From NCBI RefSeq assembly GCF_048403405.1, contig NZ_CP183129.1: 64,000 nt of DNA; one strand, written 5' to 3'. Origin of the DNA: Escherichia coli (GTDB lineage Bacteria; Pseudomonadota; Gammaproteobacteria; Enterobacterales; Enterobacteriaceae). Below the pieces are notes generated by a model. It was not told where the DNA came from and ran no database searches. It saw only the letters and a list, made by a program, of their open reading frames with translations. The position numbers and the translations under genes were made by a program. Each line of letters opens with the position of its first letter. The stretch's first letter is position 1. Below, one piece after another: positions 51,928 through 61,757 of this stretch.

Positions 51928-51998
51928 TTCTATCAAGAACAGCACGGCGCTGTAGGTTTTAGTTCCGCCACCCGGCGTTAAGGGGAAATGAGGTCAGC

Positions 51999-52154
51999 AT
52001 GGATACTATCGAGCTTGGCAACAACGAATCTCTGGTGTACGGCGTGTTTCCCAACCAGGACGGCACATTCACCGCGATGACGTATACCAAAAGCAAAACG
52101 TTTAAAACCGAAAATGGTGCCCGTCGCTGGCTGGAAAGAAACTCAGGTGAGTGA
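51999..52154 (+). CDS. ydfA: YdfA-like small protein (51 aa)
   Basis: MDTIELGNNESLVYGVFPNQDGTFTAMTYTKSKTFKTENGARRWLERNSGE; GAGG RBS. Confidence 0.65.
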   Translation: MDTIELGNNESLVYGVFPNQDGTFTAMTYTKSKTFKTENGARRWLERNSGE

Positions 52155-52155
52155 T

Positions 52156-52284
52156 ATGGATTTCGACACAATCATGGAAAAGGCTTACGAAGAATACTTC
52201 GATGGTCTTGCCGAAGGCGAAGAAGCTCTCAGCTTCAGTGAATTTAAACAGGCGCTTTCCAGTTCGGGAAAATCTAACGGCTGA
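52156..52284 (+). CDS. ydfB: YdfB-like small protein (42 aa)
   Basis: MDFDTIMEKAYEEYFDGLAEGEEALSFSEFKQALSSSGKSNG; the 69 aa track ORF 52151..52360 in another frame is judged spurious. Confidence 0.55.
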   Translation: MDFDTIMEKAYEEYFDGLAEGEEALSFSEFKQALSSSGKSNG

Positions 52285-52313
52285 TAAGCGAAACAGCACC
52301 GCGAGGAATCAGT

Positions 52314-52532
52314 ATGCAGAAACGAGAACCCGTCATCATCGCGCCAGACTATACCGATGATGAACTTTATGAGTGGATGCGCCAGAAAATTAATGCAGTG
52401 CAGGATCTGAAATGGGCCAATGAAGCCAGGACTAAGCAGGCTGAAAATCTGTCCGCTCTGGAGCAGGATATCACCAGGCTGGAAAAAGCAGCGGCATTAA
52501 GCATTGCCAGAATGGTTACATACCCACGTTAA
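52314..52532 (+). CDS. ydfC: YdfC-like protein (72 aa)
   Basis: MQKREPVIIAPDYTDDELYEWMRQKINAVQDLKWANEARTKQAENLSALEQDITRLEKAAALSIARMVTYPR. Confidence 0.6.
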   Translation: MQKREPVIIAPDYTDDELYEWMRQKINAVQDLKWANEARTKQAENLSALEQDITRLEKAAALSIARMVTYPR

Positions 52533-52554
52533 TAGCTAACCAACGAGGCTAATA

Positions 52555-52956
52555 ATGGAATTTAAAGATTTACCAATGCCATTCCAGGAAATGGCAGCGA
52601 ATGTGGTTCGCTCTCAACTGGCGACTCTTGACCTGAGTACTGTAGAAAAGGAAACCATCGATACTATATCCGGTAACGTGCGTCGTGCCTTTATAGGTCT
52701 GTATGAAGAGAAGCGCCTATTCGGCGGACAGAATTCGCCTGAAAACAAGAATCAAGCAAATGATGAGAAGCTGAAACACATTATCGCCTTACTTTTGGAA
52801 GACGCAAAACGTCTACAGCAACTGGAACCAAATGCAGGCACAGAGGCCCGCATTTGGATTGCCATGAAATCACTCAAATGTGAAAGCAGTGATTATTTCA
52901 AAACAACAATTAAAACTACTCAACTTTCGGGAGAGCTACTGAAGAAATTGCCATAA
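52555..52956 (+). CDS. Hypothetical protein (133 aa) in the early-left operon
   Basis: ORF track; between ydfC-like and dicF. Confidence 0.45.
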   Translation: MEFKDLPMPFQEMAANVVRSQLATLDLSTVEKETIDTISGNVRRAFIGLYEEKRLFGGQNSPENKNQANDEKLKHIIALLLEDAKRLQQLEPNAGTEARIWIAMKSLKCESSDYFKTTIKTTQLSGELLKKLP

Positions 52957-53194
52957 GAGCATGGTCTTTCTCTTGTTCTGCAAGATGAGCATTAATACCT
53001 GGTATGGTTTTTTCAAATTTATCTATCTGTTGAATAACAACTTCGCGGTATACGTTTGTTTTTGTACCACCAAGCGCAGCCGTTAATGCAGAAAGCATAT
53101 TTAGTATCATATCAGTGCGATATGAAAGAATCCTGATAGCTTCATCTTGTTCTTCAATAATAGATTGCAGGGCCTCAATTTGCTTTTTATCCAT
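52916..53194 (-). CDS. Counter-oriented hypothetical coiled-coil protein (92 aa)
   Basis: MDKKQIEALQSIIEEQDEAIRILSYRTDMILNM... with perfect AGGAGG RBS; convergent with 52555..52956. Confidence 0.5.
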   Translation of the reverse strand: MDKKQIEALQSIIEEQDEAIRILSYRTDMILNMLSALTAALGGTKTNVYREVVIQQIDKFEKTIPGINAHLAEQEKDHALMAISSVALPKVE

Positions 53195-53529
53195 TTCACC
53201 CTCCTGAGGGTTGGTAATTAAGGAGTTCTCCACTGGTCAGGTGGAGTGCGTGCGCCGGACACGGGTGAGCATCCGGCACTGACAGTTTACTGAAAGGATA
53301 TGTCCCTGAAAAGTCAGGGCATAACGCGAAAGCGCACGGCGAAATTGGTCTCTCTGTACGGTGTCGTTAAATTTAGTTCGACCGTGCGCTTCCGGTTGTG
53401 GCACTCCGCGAAATGGCGCGGCGGTAAGTATGGCTGGGGTTTCCTCCATTGCTCCAGAAAATGCACCGGGTTGTCAGGTTGACCATACGCTTAAGTGACA
53501 ACCCCGCTACAACGCCCTCTGTTATCAAT

Positions 53530-53587
53530 TTTCTGGTGACATTTGGCGGTATCAGTTTTACTCCGTGACTGCTCTGCCGCCCTTTTT
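53530..53587 (+). ncRNA. dicF: DicF small RNA (cell-division inhibitor sRNA)
   Basis: tttctggtgacatttggcggtatcagttttactccgtgactgctctgccgccc + T-run matches the remembered DicF sequence; lies upstream of dicB. Confidence 0.7.
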
Positions 53588-53765
53588 AAAGTGAATTTTG
53601 TGATGCGGTGAATGCGGCTATGCGCACGCGGAACAGTTAAAGCAGTAAGGCGGTATTTTACGGGCGTAACGAGCATCAACTAACCCGGCGTTAATTGTTA
53701 ACTGGTTAACGTCACCTGGAGGCACCAGGCACTGCATCACAAAATTCATTGTTGAGGACGCGATA

Positions 53766-53954
53766 ATGGAAACGTTATTACCAAACGTTAATACGTCTGA
53801 AGGTTGTTTTGAAATTGGTGTCACTATCAGTAACCCTGTATTTACTGAAGATGCCATTAACAAGAGAAAACACGAACGGGAGTTATTAAATAAAATATGC
53901 ATTCTTTCAATGCTGGCCCGTTTACGTCCGATACAAAAAGGATGTGCACAATGA
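53766..53954 (+). CDS. dicB: Cell division inhibitor DicB
   Basis: 62 aa METLLPNVNTSEGCFEIGVTISNPVFTEDAINKRKHERELLNKICILSMLARLRPIQKGCAQ. Confidence 0.85.
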   Translation: METLLPNVNTSEGCFEIGVTISNPVFTEDAINKRKHERELLNKICILSMLARLRPIQKGCAQ

Positions 53955-54142
53955 ATACAGCATTTGCACTTGTTCTGACAGTTTTTCTTGTTTCCGGAGA
54001 GCCAGTTGATATTGCAGTCAGTGTTCACAGGACAATGCAGGAGTGTGTGACTGCAGCAACCGAACAGAAAATTCCCGGTAACTGTTACCCGGTCGATAAA
54101 GTTATTCACCAGGATAATAACGAAATCCCGGCAGGTCTTTAA
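53950..54142 (+). CDS. ydfD: YdfD-like small protein with signal-peptide-like N-terminus
   Basis: MNTAFALVLTVFLVSGEPVDIAVSVHRTMQECVTAATEQKIPGNCYPVDKVIHQDNNEIPAGL; ATGA overlap with dicB. Confidence 0.65.
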
Positions 54143-54234
54143 AACAGTTCCGTAATAAATATCCGGTTTCATTCTTATATGCCAGCAATGGCAGGGATTT
54201 GTTCACCCTTAAATCTGTAATGAGGTAAAACAAA

Positions 54235-56706
54235 ATGAGTAAAGTCTTTATTTGCGCCGCCATTCCGGACGAACAGGCAATAAAGGAAGAAGGTGCAGTC
54301 GCTGTAGCCACTGCCATTGAAGCCGGTGATGAACGTCGCGCCCGCGCAAAATTTCACTGGCAATTCCTGGAACATTATCCGGCTGCTCAGGACTGCGCTT
54401 ATAAATTTCTTGTCTGCGAGGATAAACCCGGTATACCCCGCCCTGCCCTAGATTCCTGGGATGCTGAATATATGCAGGAAAACCGCTGGGATGAGGCGTC
54501 TGCTTCCTTTGTCCCGGTTGAGACTGAATCAGATCCGATGAACGTCACTTTTGACAAGCTGGCCCCTGAAGTACAGAACGCTGTCATGGTTAAGTTCGAC
54601 ACATGTGAAAACATCACCGTTGATATGGTGATTAGCGCGCAGGAACTGTTGCAGGAAGACATGGCAACATTCGACGGACATATCGTTGAAGCGTTGATGA
54701 AAATGCCAGAAGTTAACGCCATGTATCCGGAGCTTAAGCTGCATGCCATCGGGTGGGTTAAGCATAAATGTAAGCCTGGTGCCAAATGGCCCGAAATTCA
54801 GGCAGAGATGCGCATCTGGAAAAAACGTCGCGAAGGTGAACGCAAGGAAGCCGGAAAATACACGTCTGTTGTTGATCTCGCCCGCGCCAGAGCCAATCAA
54901 CAGCACACTGAAAATTCAACAGGAAAAATCAACCCGGTCATTGCTGCCATTCATCGCGAATACAAGCAGACATGGAAAACACTGGATGACGAACTGGCCT
55001 ACGCTCTCTGGCCTGGTGATGTGGATGCCGGAAACATTGACGGCAGCATCCATCGCTGGGCAAAAAATGAAGTTATCGACAACGACCGCGAAGACTGGAA
55101 GCGTATCTCGGCATCAATGCGCAAACAGCCTGATGCCCTTCGCTACGACCGCCAGACTATTTTTGGCCTTGTCCGTGAACGTCCGATCGACATTCACAAA
55201 GACCCTGTGGCACTGAACAAATACATTACTGAATACCTGACTACAAAGGGCGTGTTTGAAGATGAAGGAACAAATCAGAGCGCAACTGATACTCTCTCGT
55301 CGCCAGTACCAGAAACTGATGCAGTGGAAACGGCAATTCCGGACAACGAAAAAACCGAATGCAAAGTGGAAGTCGAACCATCTGTAGAACGTGAGGGGCC
55401 GTTCTACTTCCTCTTCACCGACAAGGATGGCGAAAAATACGGTCGCGCAAACAAACTTTCTGGTCTGGATAAGGCGCTGTCTGCTGGGGCTACTGAAATC
55501 ACGAAAGAAGAATATTTCGCCCGCAAAAACGGTACATACTCAGGTTCACAACAAAATACTGGTGCATCTGACACGACCGCACAACCAGGGTCAGTAAAAG
55601 TTACCGCTGACGAAGTAAACAAAATTATGCAGGCAGCCAATATCAGCCAGCCTGACGCCGATGAACTGCTTGCAGTATCACGTGGTGAATTTGTTGAAGG
55701 GATTAGCGACCCGAATGATCCGAAATGGGTTAAGGGGAACCAGACCCGCGATTCTGTGAACCAGAACCAGCAAGAAACGGAACAGAACGACCAGAAAGCG
55801 GAACAAAACAGCCCAAATGCGTTACAAAACGAGCCAGAAACGAAACAGCCTGAATCAGTGGCGCAACAGGAAGTGGAAAAAGTCTGCACCGCCTGCGGTC
55901 AGACCGGCGGCGGCAACTGCCCTGATTGTGGCGCGGTAATGGGCGACGCAACATACCAGGAAACATTCGATGAAGAGTATCAGCCTGAAGTTCAGGAAGA
56001 TGATCCGGAGGAAATGGAAGGCGCTGAACATCCACACAAGGAGAACACTGGCGGCAATCAGCATCACGATAGCGATAATGAAACTGGCGAGACGGCAGAT
56101 CACTCAATTAAGGTGAACGGTCATCAAGAAATCACATCCACCAGCAGGACGTGTGACCATCTAATGATCGACCTTGAAACCATGGGAAAAAATCCTGATG
56201 CCCCGATCATCTCAATAGGTGCAATATTTTTCGATCCGCAAACCGGAGATATGGGACCGGAATTTAGTAAGACTATCGATCTGGAAACTGCTGGCGGAGT
56301 CATTGATCGGGACACCATTAAATGGTGGCTTAAGCAATCACGCGAAGCGCAATCTGCCATTATGACCGATGAAATCCCGTTAGATGATGCACTGTTACAA
56401 TTGCGGGAATTTATCGACGAAAACTCCGGTGAATTTTTTGTTCAGGTTTGGGGAAATGGAGCCAACTTCGACAACACGATTTTGCGCCGTTCATACGAAC
56501 GGCAGGGGATCCCCTGCCCGTGGCGTTACTACAACGATCGCGATGTACGCACAATCGTTGAGCTGGGGAAAGCCATAGACTTCGATGCCAGAACGGCTAT
56601 TCCATTCGAAGGTGAGCGCCATAATGCACTTGATGACGCCCGTTACCAGGCAAAATACGTTTCAGCTATCTGGCAAAACCTGATCCCAAATCAGGCTGAT
56701 TTTTAA
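54235..56706 (+). CDS. Large early-region exonuclease-like protein (central zinc ribbon, C-terminal DnaQ-like 3'-5' exonuclease domain)
   Basis: 823 aa; CxxC...CxxC (CTACGQTGGGNCPDCG); C-terminal DEDDh motifs MIDLETMG, NGANFD, HNALDDARYQA. Confidence 0.65.
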   Translation: MSKVFICAAIPDEQAIKEEGAVAVATAIEAGDERRARAKFHWQFLEHYPAAQDCAYKFLVCEDKPGIPRPALDSWDAEYMQENRWDEASASFVPVETESDPMNVTFDKLAPEVQNAVMVKFDTCENITVDMVISAQELLQEDMATFDGHIVEALMKMPEVNAMYPELKLHAIGWVKHKCKPGAKWPEIQAEMRIWKKRREGERKEAGKYTSVVDLARARANQQHTENSTGKINPVIAAIHREYKQTWKTLDDELAYALWPGDVDAGNIDGSIHRWAKNEVIDNDREDWKRISASMRKQPDALRYDRQTIFGLVRERPIDIHKDPVALNKYITEYLTTKGVFEDEGTNQSATDTLSSPVPETDAVETAIPDNEKTECKVEVEPSVEREGPFYFLFTDKDGEKYGRANKLSGLDKALSAGATEITKEEYFARKNGTYSGSQQNTGASDTTAQPGSVKVTADEVNKIMQAANISQPDADELLAVSRGEFVEGISDPNDPKWVKGNQTRDSVNQNQQETEQNDQKAEQNSPNALQNEPETKQPESVAQQEVEKVCTACGQTGGGNCPDCGAVMGDATYQETFDEEYQPEVQEDDPEEMEGAEHPHKENTGGNQHHDSDNETGETADHSIKVNGHQEITSTSRTCDHLMIDLETMGKNPDAPIISIGAIFFDPQTGDMGPEFSKTIDLETAGGVIDRDTIKWWLKQSREAQSAIMTDEIPLDDALLQLREFIDENSGEFFVQVWGNGANFDNTILRRSYERQGIPCPWRYYNDRDVRTIVELGKAIDFDARTAIPFEGERHNALDDARYQAKYVSAIWQNLIPNQADF

Positions 56707-56770
56707 TGTTCAACCCCGGTCGTTGCCCACCAGCTATAGTGGCGGCGACCATGATTAGCGAACGACGCTC

Positions 56771-57019
56771 ATGGCAAGACTTATTCTGCTCACTGAGTGG
56801 GCAAAAGAGGAATTCAGTGAACCGGTCCCTACTCCGAGTACGTTAAGTAAATACGCTAAAGCCGGAATGATATTTCCTCTCCCCAAAAAAGTTGGAAGAC
56901 GCTGGCGAGTGGATCCGCAAGCTCGCTTTGTCGGAATGGTAAACAAGCCGGAGGTGATCGCCACAGATCACCCTGCTTTGAAGAGGATACTGGAAGATGG
57001 CGCGCCCGCGAAAATATAA
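56771..57019 (+). CDS. xis: Excisionase (Xis-like)
   Basis: 82 aa, overlaps the int start; ...GMIFPLPKKVGRRWRVD... lambda Xis-like. Confidence 0.7.
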   Translation: MARLILLTEWAKEEFSEPVPTPSTLSKYAKAGMIFPLPKKVGRRWRVDPQARFVGMVNKPEVIATDHPALKRILEDGAPAKI

Positions 57020-58127
57020 AACCGATGTTCCGGGATTATCTCCGTATTTTGACAAAAGAAATAACAAAGTTTACTGGCGTTACAGGCATCCCATAACAGG
57101 CAAAAATCACGGTCTCGGCAGTATTGACCAGAAACTGGCAGAAACTATTGCAGCAGAAGCGAACAGCCGTCTTGCCCGGCAGCAAATGGAACAAATGCTC
57201 AGTCTGCAGGAGAAAATTATTAGTGATACCGGCGGTTCATCAACCGTTACCATTTTTCTGAATAATTACAGAAAAATTCAACAGGAAAGATATGAAAACG
57301 GCGAGATCAAACTCAACACGCTGAAACAGAAAGCGGCCCCTCTCAGGGTATTTGATGAACGTTTTGGCACCAGACCGTTAGATGCCATAACCGTAAAAGA
57401 TGTGGTATCAGTACTGGAAGAGTACAAGGCCAGAGGACATAACAGAATGGGACAAATTTTCAGGAAAGTACTGATCGATGTTTTCCGGGAAGCTCAGCAA
57501 ACGGGCGATGTCCCGCCAGGCTTTAACCCTGCAGAATCGGCAAAAAAACCGCAGGTGCGGATATCAAGACAGCGACTGACTTTTGATGAGTGGATGATGA
57601 TTTATAACGCAGCGGAAAAGAATGGTTACTTTTTACAGCGCGGTATGCTGCTGGCACTGATGACAGGCCAGCGCCTTTCAGATATTTGCAAAATGCAATT
57701 TTCGGATATCCGGGATGGTTATCTTCATGTCGAACAGCAAAAAACAGGAACCCGGATTGCCATCCCTCTGGCTCTGCGTTGCGATAAATTAAATCTCACC
57801 CTGGATGATGTAGTGTCATCCTGCCGCGATTGCGTTCTTAGTCCGTGGCTATTGCACCACCATCACGCGAAAGGGACAGCTAAGCGCGGCGGGATGGTTA
57901 AGCCAGCAACATTAACCGTTGCATTTAAAAAAGCCCGGGATTCTGTGGATTACAACTGGCGTGCTAATGGCACCCCACCCTCTTTCCATGAGCAGAGATC
58001 TTTATCAGAGCGATTGTTCAGAGAGCAGGGGGTTGATACCAAAATTTTGCTAGGCCATTCGAATCAAAAAATGACCGATATTTACAACGATGTACGCGGT
58101 AAGGAGTGGAAAAAACTGGTCATTTGA
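56997..58127 (+). CDS. int: Tyrosine site-specific integrase
   Basis: 376 aa; C-terminal catalytic region with R...HxxR...Y (FHEQRSLSERL, LLGHSNQKMTDIY); next to att. Confidence 0.9.
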   Translation: MARPRKYKTDVPGLSPYFDKRNNKVYWRYRHPITGKNHGLGSIDQKLAETIAAEANSRLARQQMEQMLSLQEKIISDTGGSSTVTIFLNNYRKIQQERYENGEIKLNTLKQKAAPLRVFDERFGTRPLDAITVKDVVSVLEEYKARGHNRMGQIFRKVLIDVFREAQQTGDVPPGFNPAESAKKPQVRISRQRLTFDEWMMIYNAAEKNGYFLQRGMLLALMTGQRLSDICKMQFSDIRDGYLHVEQQKTGTRIAIPLALRCDKLNLTLDDVVSSCRDCVLSPWLLHHHHAKGTAKRGGMVKPATLTVAFKKARDSVDYNWRANGTPPSFHEQRSLSERLFREQGVDTKILLGHSNQKMTDIYNDVRGKEWKKLVI

Positions 58128-58172
58128 TGACCAGTTTTGCAGAAGAGTTTTGCAGAGGTTTTGCAGAGAAAA

Positions 58173-58826
58173 TTAAAAACGATATCCTGCCGAGAACATA
58201 AACACCCACGGGTCAAGGCGTACATTGTCGCTATAACTGCCTTTAGCCAGTTTACGACCATCAGATTTATACTTCGCGGTGGTATCGATATCCATGTACC
58301 AGACTGACATGTTAACCAACCAGTCACGGTTAATCAGATAATCAACCCCCACCTGCCCGGCAGCTCCCCAGGAATCTTTCAGACTGAGATCGGAAAGCCC
58401 CGCCTCTTTGCCATGATCGTTAAATCCATTATCAAAGAAGGTGGTGTAGTTAATACCTGCCCCAACGTAAGGACGGAATTTGCTGCTGGCATCACCAAAA
58501 TACCACTGCGCCATCAGTGTTGGCGGCAGATGATGAACGGTTGCAATATCGCCGGTCGCCCGGGTGCCGATTTTATGGCGGAACGGCGTCGCTGCCAGCA
58601 ATTCCACACCAATGTTATCGGTCGCCATATAAGTAAACGTCAGGCCCAGTTGCGTGTTATTGGTCACGCTGAATCCACCCAGACTTCCTAACGTACCACC
58701 AGCACCTTCTGTTGGACGTACGGTTGCAGACCCTGCACGCATAAAAAATTCGCCTGCTTCATGCGCATAGGCACTGCCAGAGAGAAGAGTTGTTACTGCC
58801 AAAGCCGCCACTGTTAACTTTTTCAT
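58173..58826 (-). CDS. ompW: Outer membrane protein OmpW with phage-supplied variant C-terminal segment
   Basis: 217 aa; N-terminal 183 aa canonical OmpW; C-terminal ...TTAKYKSDGRKLAKGSYSDNVRLDPWVFMFSAGYRF differs from the chromosomal remnant at the left junction (...TTANYKLGGAQQHDSVRLDPW...). Confidence 0.9.
   Translation of the reverse strand: MKKLTVAALAVTTLLSGSAYAHEAGEFFMRAGSATVRPTEGAGGTLGSLGGFSVTNNTQLGLTFTYMATDNIGVELLAATPFRHKIGTRATGDIATVHHLPPTLMAQWYFGDASSKFRPYVGAGINYTTFFDNGFNDHGKEAGLSDLSLKDSWGAAGQVGVDYLINRDWLVNMSVWYMDIDTTAKYKSDGRKLAKGSYSDNVRLDPWVFMFSAGYRF
58277..58301. repeat. attR core region (shared with 5954-5978)
   Basis: cggtggtatcgatatccatgtacca repeated at both prophage ends. Confidence 0.6.
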
Positions 58827-59182
58827 ATCCGCTCCGTCGTTATGGTTATAAAAACGTGACGAATATACCTACATTGGAGTAACAAATGATCCTACATAGG
58901 TCACATTACATATGATAATTCACCATTTATTGATCTGGATTAATTTAGAAGTTGCATTGAGAATCCTGGTTAATGTGATTTAAATCAATTTTTAAATATT
59001 TTCGCTACGCAAATATTAACTCGACCGCCACTTGCCGCGATTTGCCCACGTCTGAAGGCCAGCAATTACCTCCGCTTTACAAAGATATGCTTTTCCATAC
59101 AAGACCTGATGCTGCCACCCGAGGCTTAACCAGGGTACAATTGCCCGCTAATTAACACCTGCATAAAACTCAAGGAGAGTGC

Positions 59183-59926
59183 ATGTCTATCACGGCGCAG
59201 TCCGTATACCGTGACACCGGAAATTTCTTCCGTAATCAATTTATGACCATTCTGTTGGTATCGTTGCTATGTGCGTTTATCACAGTGGTGTTAGGGCATG
59301 TTTTCTCACCCAGTGATGCACAGCTTGCGCAGCTCAATGACGGCGTGCCCGTTAGCGGCAGTAGTGGGTTGTTCGACCTGGTTCAGAATATGTCACCGGA
59401 ACAGCAACAAATTTTGCTGCAGGCTTCAGCGGCGTCCACTTTTTCAGGATTAATCGGTAACGCCATTCTCGCCGGAGGCGTAATATTAATTATCCAGCTG
59501 GTGTCTGCGGGTCAGAGAGTCAGTGCGCTGCGAGCTATTGGTGCCAGTGCGCCGATATTGCCAAAGTTATTTATTCTGATTTTTCTGACTACCCTTTTAG
59601 TACAGATTGGCATCATGCTGGTGGTCGTTCCGGGAATTATCATGGCCATTTTACTGGCCCTGGCACCGGTGATGTTGGTACAGGACAAAATGGGCGTTTT
59701 TGCCTCGATGCGTAGCAGTATGCGGCTGACTTGGGCGAATATGCGTCTGGTGGCACCCGCAGTACTGAGCTGGTTGCTGGCAAAAACACTGTTGCTGCTT
59801 TTTGCCTCTTCTTTTGCCGCATTAACCCCGGAAATTGGTGCCGTACTGGCGAACACCTTGAGCAACCTGATTTCAGCCGTACTGCTCATCTATCTGTTCC
59901 GCCTGTATATGTTGATTCGCCAATAA
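59183..59926 (+). CDS. yciC: Inner membrane protein YciC (UPF0259)
   Basis: 247 aa multi-TM ORF, conserved position after ompW. Confidence 0.85.
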   Translation: MSITAQSVYRDTGNFFRNQFMTILLVSLLCAFITVVLGHVFSPSDAQLAQLNDGVPVSGSSGLFDLVQNMSPEQQQILLQASAASTFSGLIGNAILAGGVILIIQLVSAGQRVSALRAIGASAPILPKLFILIFLTTLLVQIGIMLVVVPGIIMAILLALAPVMLVQDKMGVFASMRSSMRLTWANMRLVAPAVLSWLLAKTLLLLFASSFAALTPEIGAVLANTLSNLISAVLLIYLFRLYMLIRQ

Positions 59927-59955
59927 CCTTAAGCATTTGATTACGGAATCGTAAA

Positions 59956-60495
59956 ATGAAGCAGTTTCTTGATTTTTTACCGCTGGTTGTCTTTTTCGCG
60001 TTTTACAAGATTTATGACATCTATGCGGCTACTGCGGCGCTGATCGTCGCCACGGCGATTGTGCTTATATATAGCTGGGTTCGCTTTCGTAAGGTTGAGA
60101 AGATGGCCCTGATCACTTTTGTTCTGGTGGTCGTCTTCGGTGGCTTGACCCTGTTCTTCCACAATGATGAGTTTATTAAATGGAAGGTTACTGTCATTTA
60201 TGCCCTGTTTGCGGGTGCCCTGTTAGTCAGCCAATGGGTGATGAAAAAGCCGCTAATTCAGCGGATGCTGGGTAAAGAACTCACGCTGCCGCAACCGGTA
60301 TGGTCGAAGCTGAATCTGGCCTGGGCTGTTTTCTTTATCCTTTGCGGTCTTGCAAACATCTACATCGCATTCTGGCTGCCGCAAAATATTTGGGTCAACT
60401 TTAAAGTCTTTGGCCTGACCGCCCTTACCTTAATCTTCACATTGTTAAGCGGTATCTATATCTACCGCCACATGCCGCAGGAAGATAAATCCTAA
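59956..60495 (+). CDS. yciB: Intracellular septation protein A (YciB)
   Basis: 179 aa multi-[36 protein letters not shown]... Confidence 0.85.
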   Translation: MKQFLDFLPLVVFFAFYKIYDIYAATAALIVATAIVLIYSWVRFRKVEKMALITFVLVVVFGGLTLFFHNDEFIKWKVTVIYALFAGALLVSQWVMKKPLIQRMLGKELTLPQPVWSKLNLAWAVFFILCGLANIYIAFWLPQNIWVNFKVFGLTALTLIFTLLSGIYIYRHMPQEDKS

Positions 60496-60599
60496 CCAGA
60501 CTGCCAGTCCTTCGGGGCTGGCGCTGTATCTCCTCTGTTCTCCTCAGGAAAATCATAGTAGCATCGCGCCTGTGATTTTCCTTTTAAGTCGGTTTTACC

Positions 60600-60998
60600 A
60601 TGTCTACAACACATAACGTCCCTCAGGGCGATCTTGTTTTACGTACTTTAGCCATGCCCGCCGATACCAATGCCAATGGTGACATCTTTGGTGGTTGGTT
60701 AATGTCACAAATGGATATTGGCGGCGCTATTCTGGCGAAAGAAATTGCCCACGGTCGCGTAGTGACTGTGCGGGTTGAAGGAATGACTTTCTTACGGCCG
60801 GTTGCGGTCGGCGATGTGGTGTGCTGCTATGCACGCTGTGTCCAGAAAGGGACGACATCGGTCAGCATTAATATTGAAGTGTGGGTGAAAAAAGTAGCGT
60901 CTGAACCCATCGGGCAACGCTATAAAGCGACAGAAGCATTATTTAAGTATGTCGCGGTTGATCCTGAAGGAAAACCTCGCGCCTTACCTGTTGAGTAA
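60600..60998 (+). CDS. yciA: Acyl-CoA thioester hydrolase YciA (hotdog fold)
   Basis: 132 aa MSTTHNVPQGDLVLRTLAMPADTNANGDIFGGWLMSQMD... Confidence 0.85.
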   Translation: MSTTHNVPQGDLVLRTLAMPADTNANGDIFGGWLMSQMDIGGAILAKEIAHGRVVTVRVEGMTFLRPVAVGDVVCCYARCVQKGTTSVSINIEVWVKKVASEPIGQRYKATEALFKYVAVDPEGKPRALPVE

Positions 60999-61037
60999 TA
61001 ATCAAAAGCCTCCGGTCGGAGGCTTTTGACTTTCTGC

Positions 61038-61757
61038 TTACTGAATTTCGGTGGTGCCGTTAATTTTAAACAGGATATTCACCACAATCCCACTGCCTGG
61101 CTTACCCGGCTCATAACGCCATCTGCGCATCGCATTTTTCACCTCACGCTCAAACATATTCGCAGGCTTGGCTGAGAGGATTTGTACGTTATCCACGCGA
61201 CCATCCGGCGTGACGTCAAATTTAACTTTAACCTGCCCTTCAATGCGCAATGCCTGTGCTCGTGCCGGATACTGCGGCTGATTACGGCTTAATGCGCGTG
61301 GTCCTGAAGCCACACTGGTAACCGGCTTGCTGGTTGCAGCCGTCGCCGTACTTGATGTCGGGCGTGCCGGTGCCGTATTTTCAAACGGTGATGCCGGACG
61401 CGACTCTACGGGTTTGACATCGCGTTTTGGCTGTTCCTGTACCTTTTTCACCGGCTTCGGTTTTGGCTTAGGTTTCGGCTTCGGCTTTTCAATGACCACC
61501 GGTGCTTCTTTTGGCGGTTCGGGGATCGGCTCAGGTTCCGGTTCTGGCTCTACCACCGGCTCCGGTGGCGGCTGAACGGCTTGTGGCGGTTCGAGATCCG
61601 CAGGCGCAACCATCGTGACAGAAATTGGCTGCGCAGGCGCAGGTAGTTCAATAACCTGATGTACCGAGGTATAGAGCAGACCCGCCACAACAGCACCATG
61701 AATGCAGACCGAAAGTAACGTCGGCCAGGGGAAGCGGCGAGGTAAATCAAGGGTCAT
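61038..61757 (-). CDS. tonB: TonB energy transducer
   Basis: [29 protein letters not shown]..., Pro-rich (EP)n/(KP)n spacer, C-terminal domain; start set at MTLDL (track ORF extends to 61808). Confidence 0.9.
   Translation of the reverse strand: MTLDLPRRFPWPTLLSVCIHGAVVAGLLYTSVHQVIELPAPAQPISVTMVAPADLEPPQAVQPPPEPVVEPEPEPEPIPEPPKEAPVVIEKPKPKPKPKPKPVKKVQEQPKRDVKPVESRPASPFENTAPARPTSSTATAATSKPVTSVASGPRALSRNQPQYPARAQALRIEGQVKVKFDVTPDGRVDNVQILSAKPANMFEREVKNAMRRWRYEPGKPGSGIVVNILFKINGTTEIQ

Larger units (their letters stand above)
5954..58301. mobile_element. Lambdoid prophage (~52 kb) integrated in the 3' end of ompW, with integrase at the right end
   Basis: att-type direct repeats at both ends, tyrosine integrase + xis next to reconstituted ompW, complete lambda-like morphogenetic module, cos, lysis and early regions in between. 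Confidence 0.9.

Noticed and set aside
52151-52360. 69 aa + strand ORF overlapping ydfB-like
   Set aside because: A different frame (42 aa, 52156..52284) gives the YdfB-like acidic peptide with proper RBS spacing; the 69 aa frame is basic and low-complexity and is likely spurious
53618-54172. 184 aa Cys-rich minus-strand ORF
   Set aside because: Antisense to dicB and ydfD, which have clear RBS and homology; composition typical of a frame shadow
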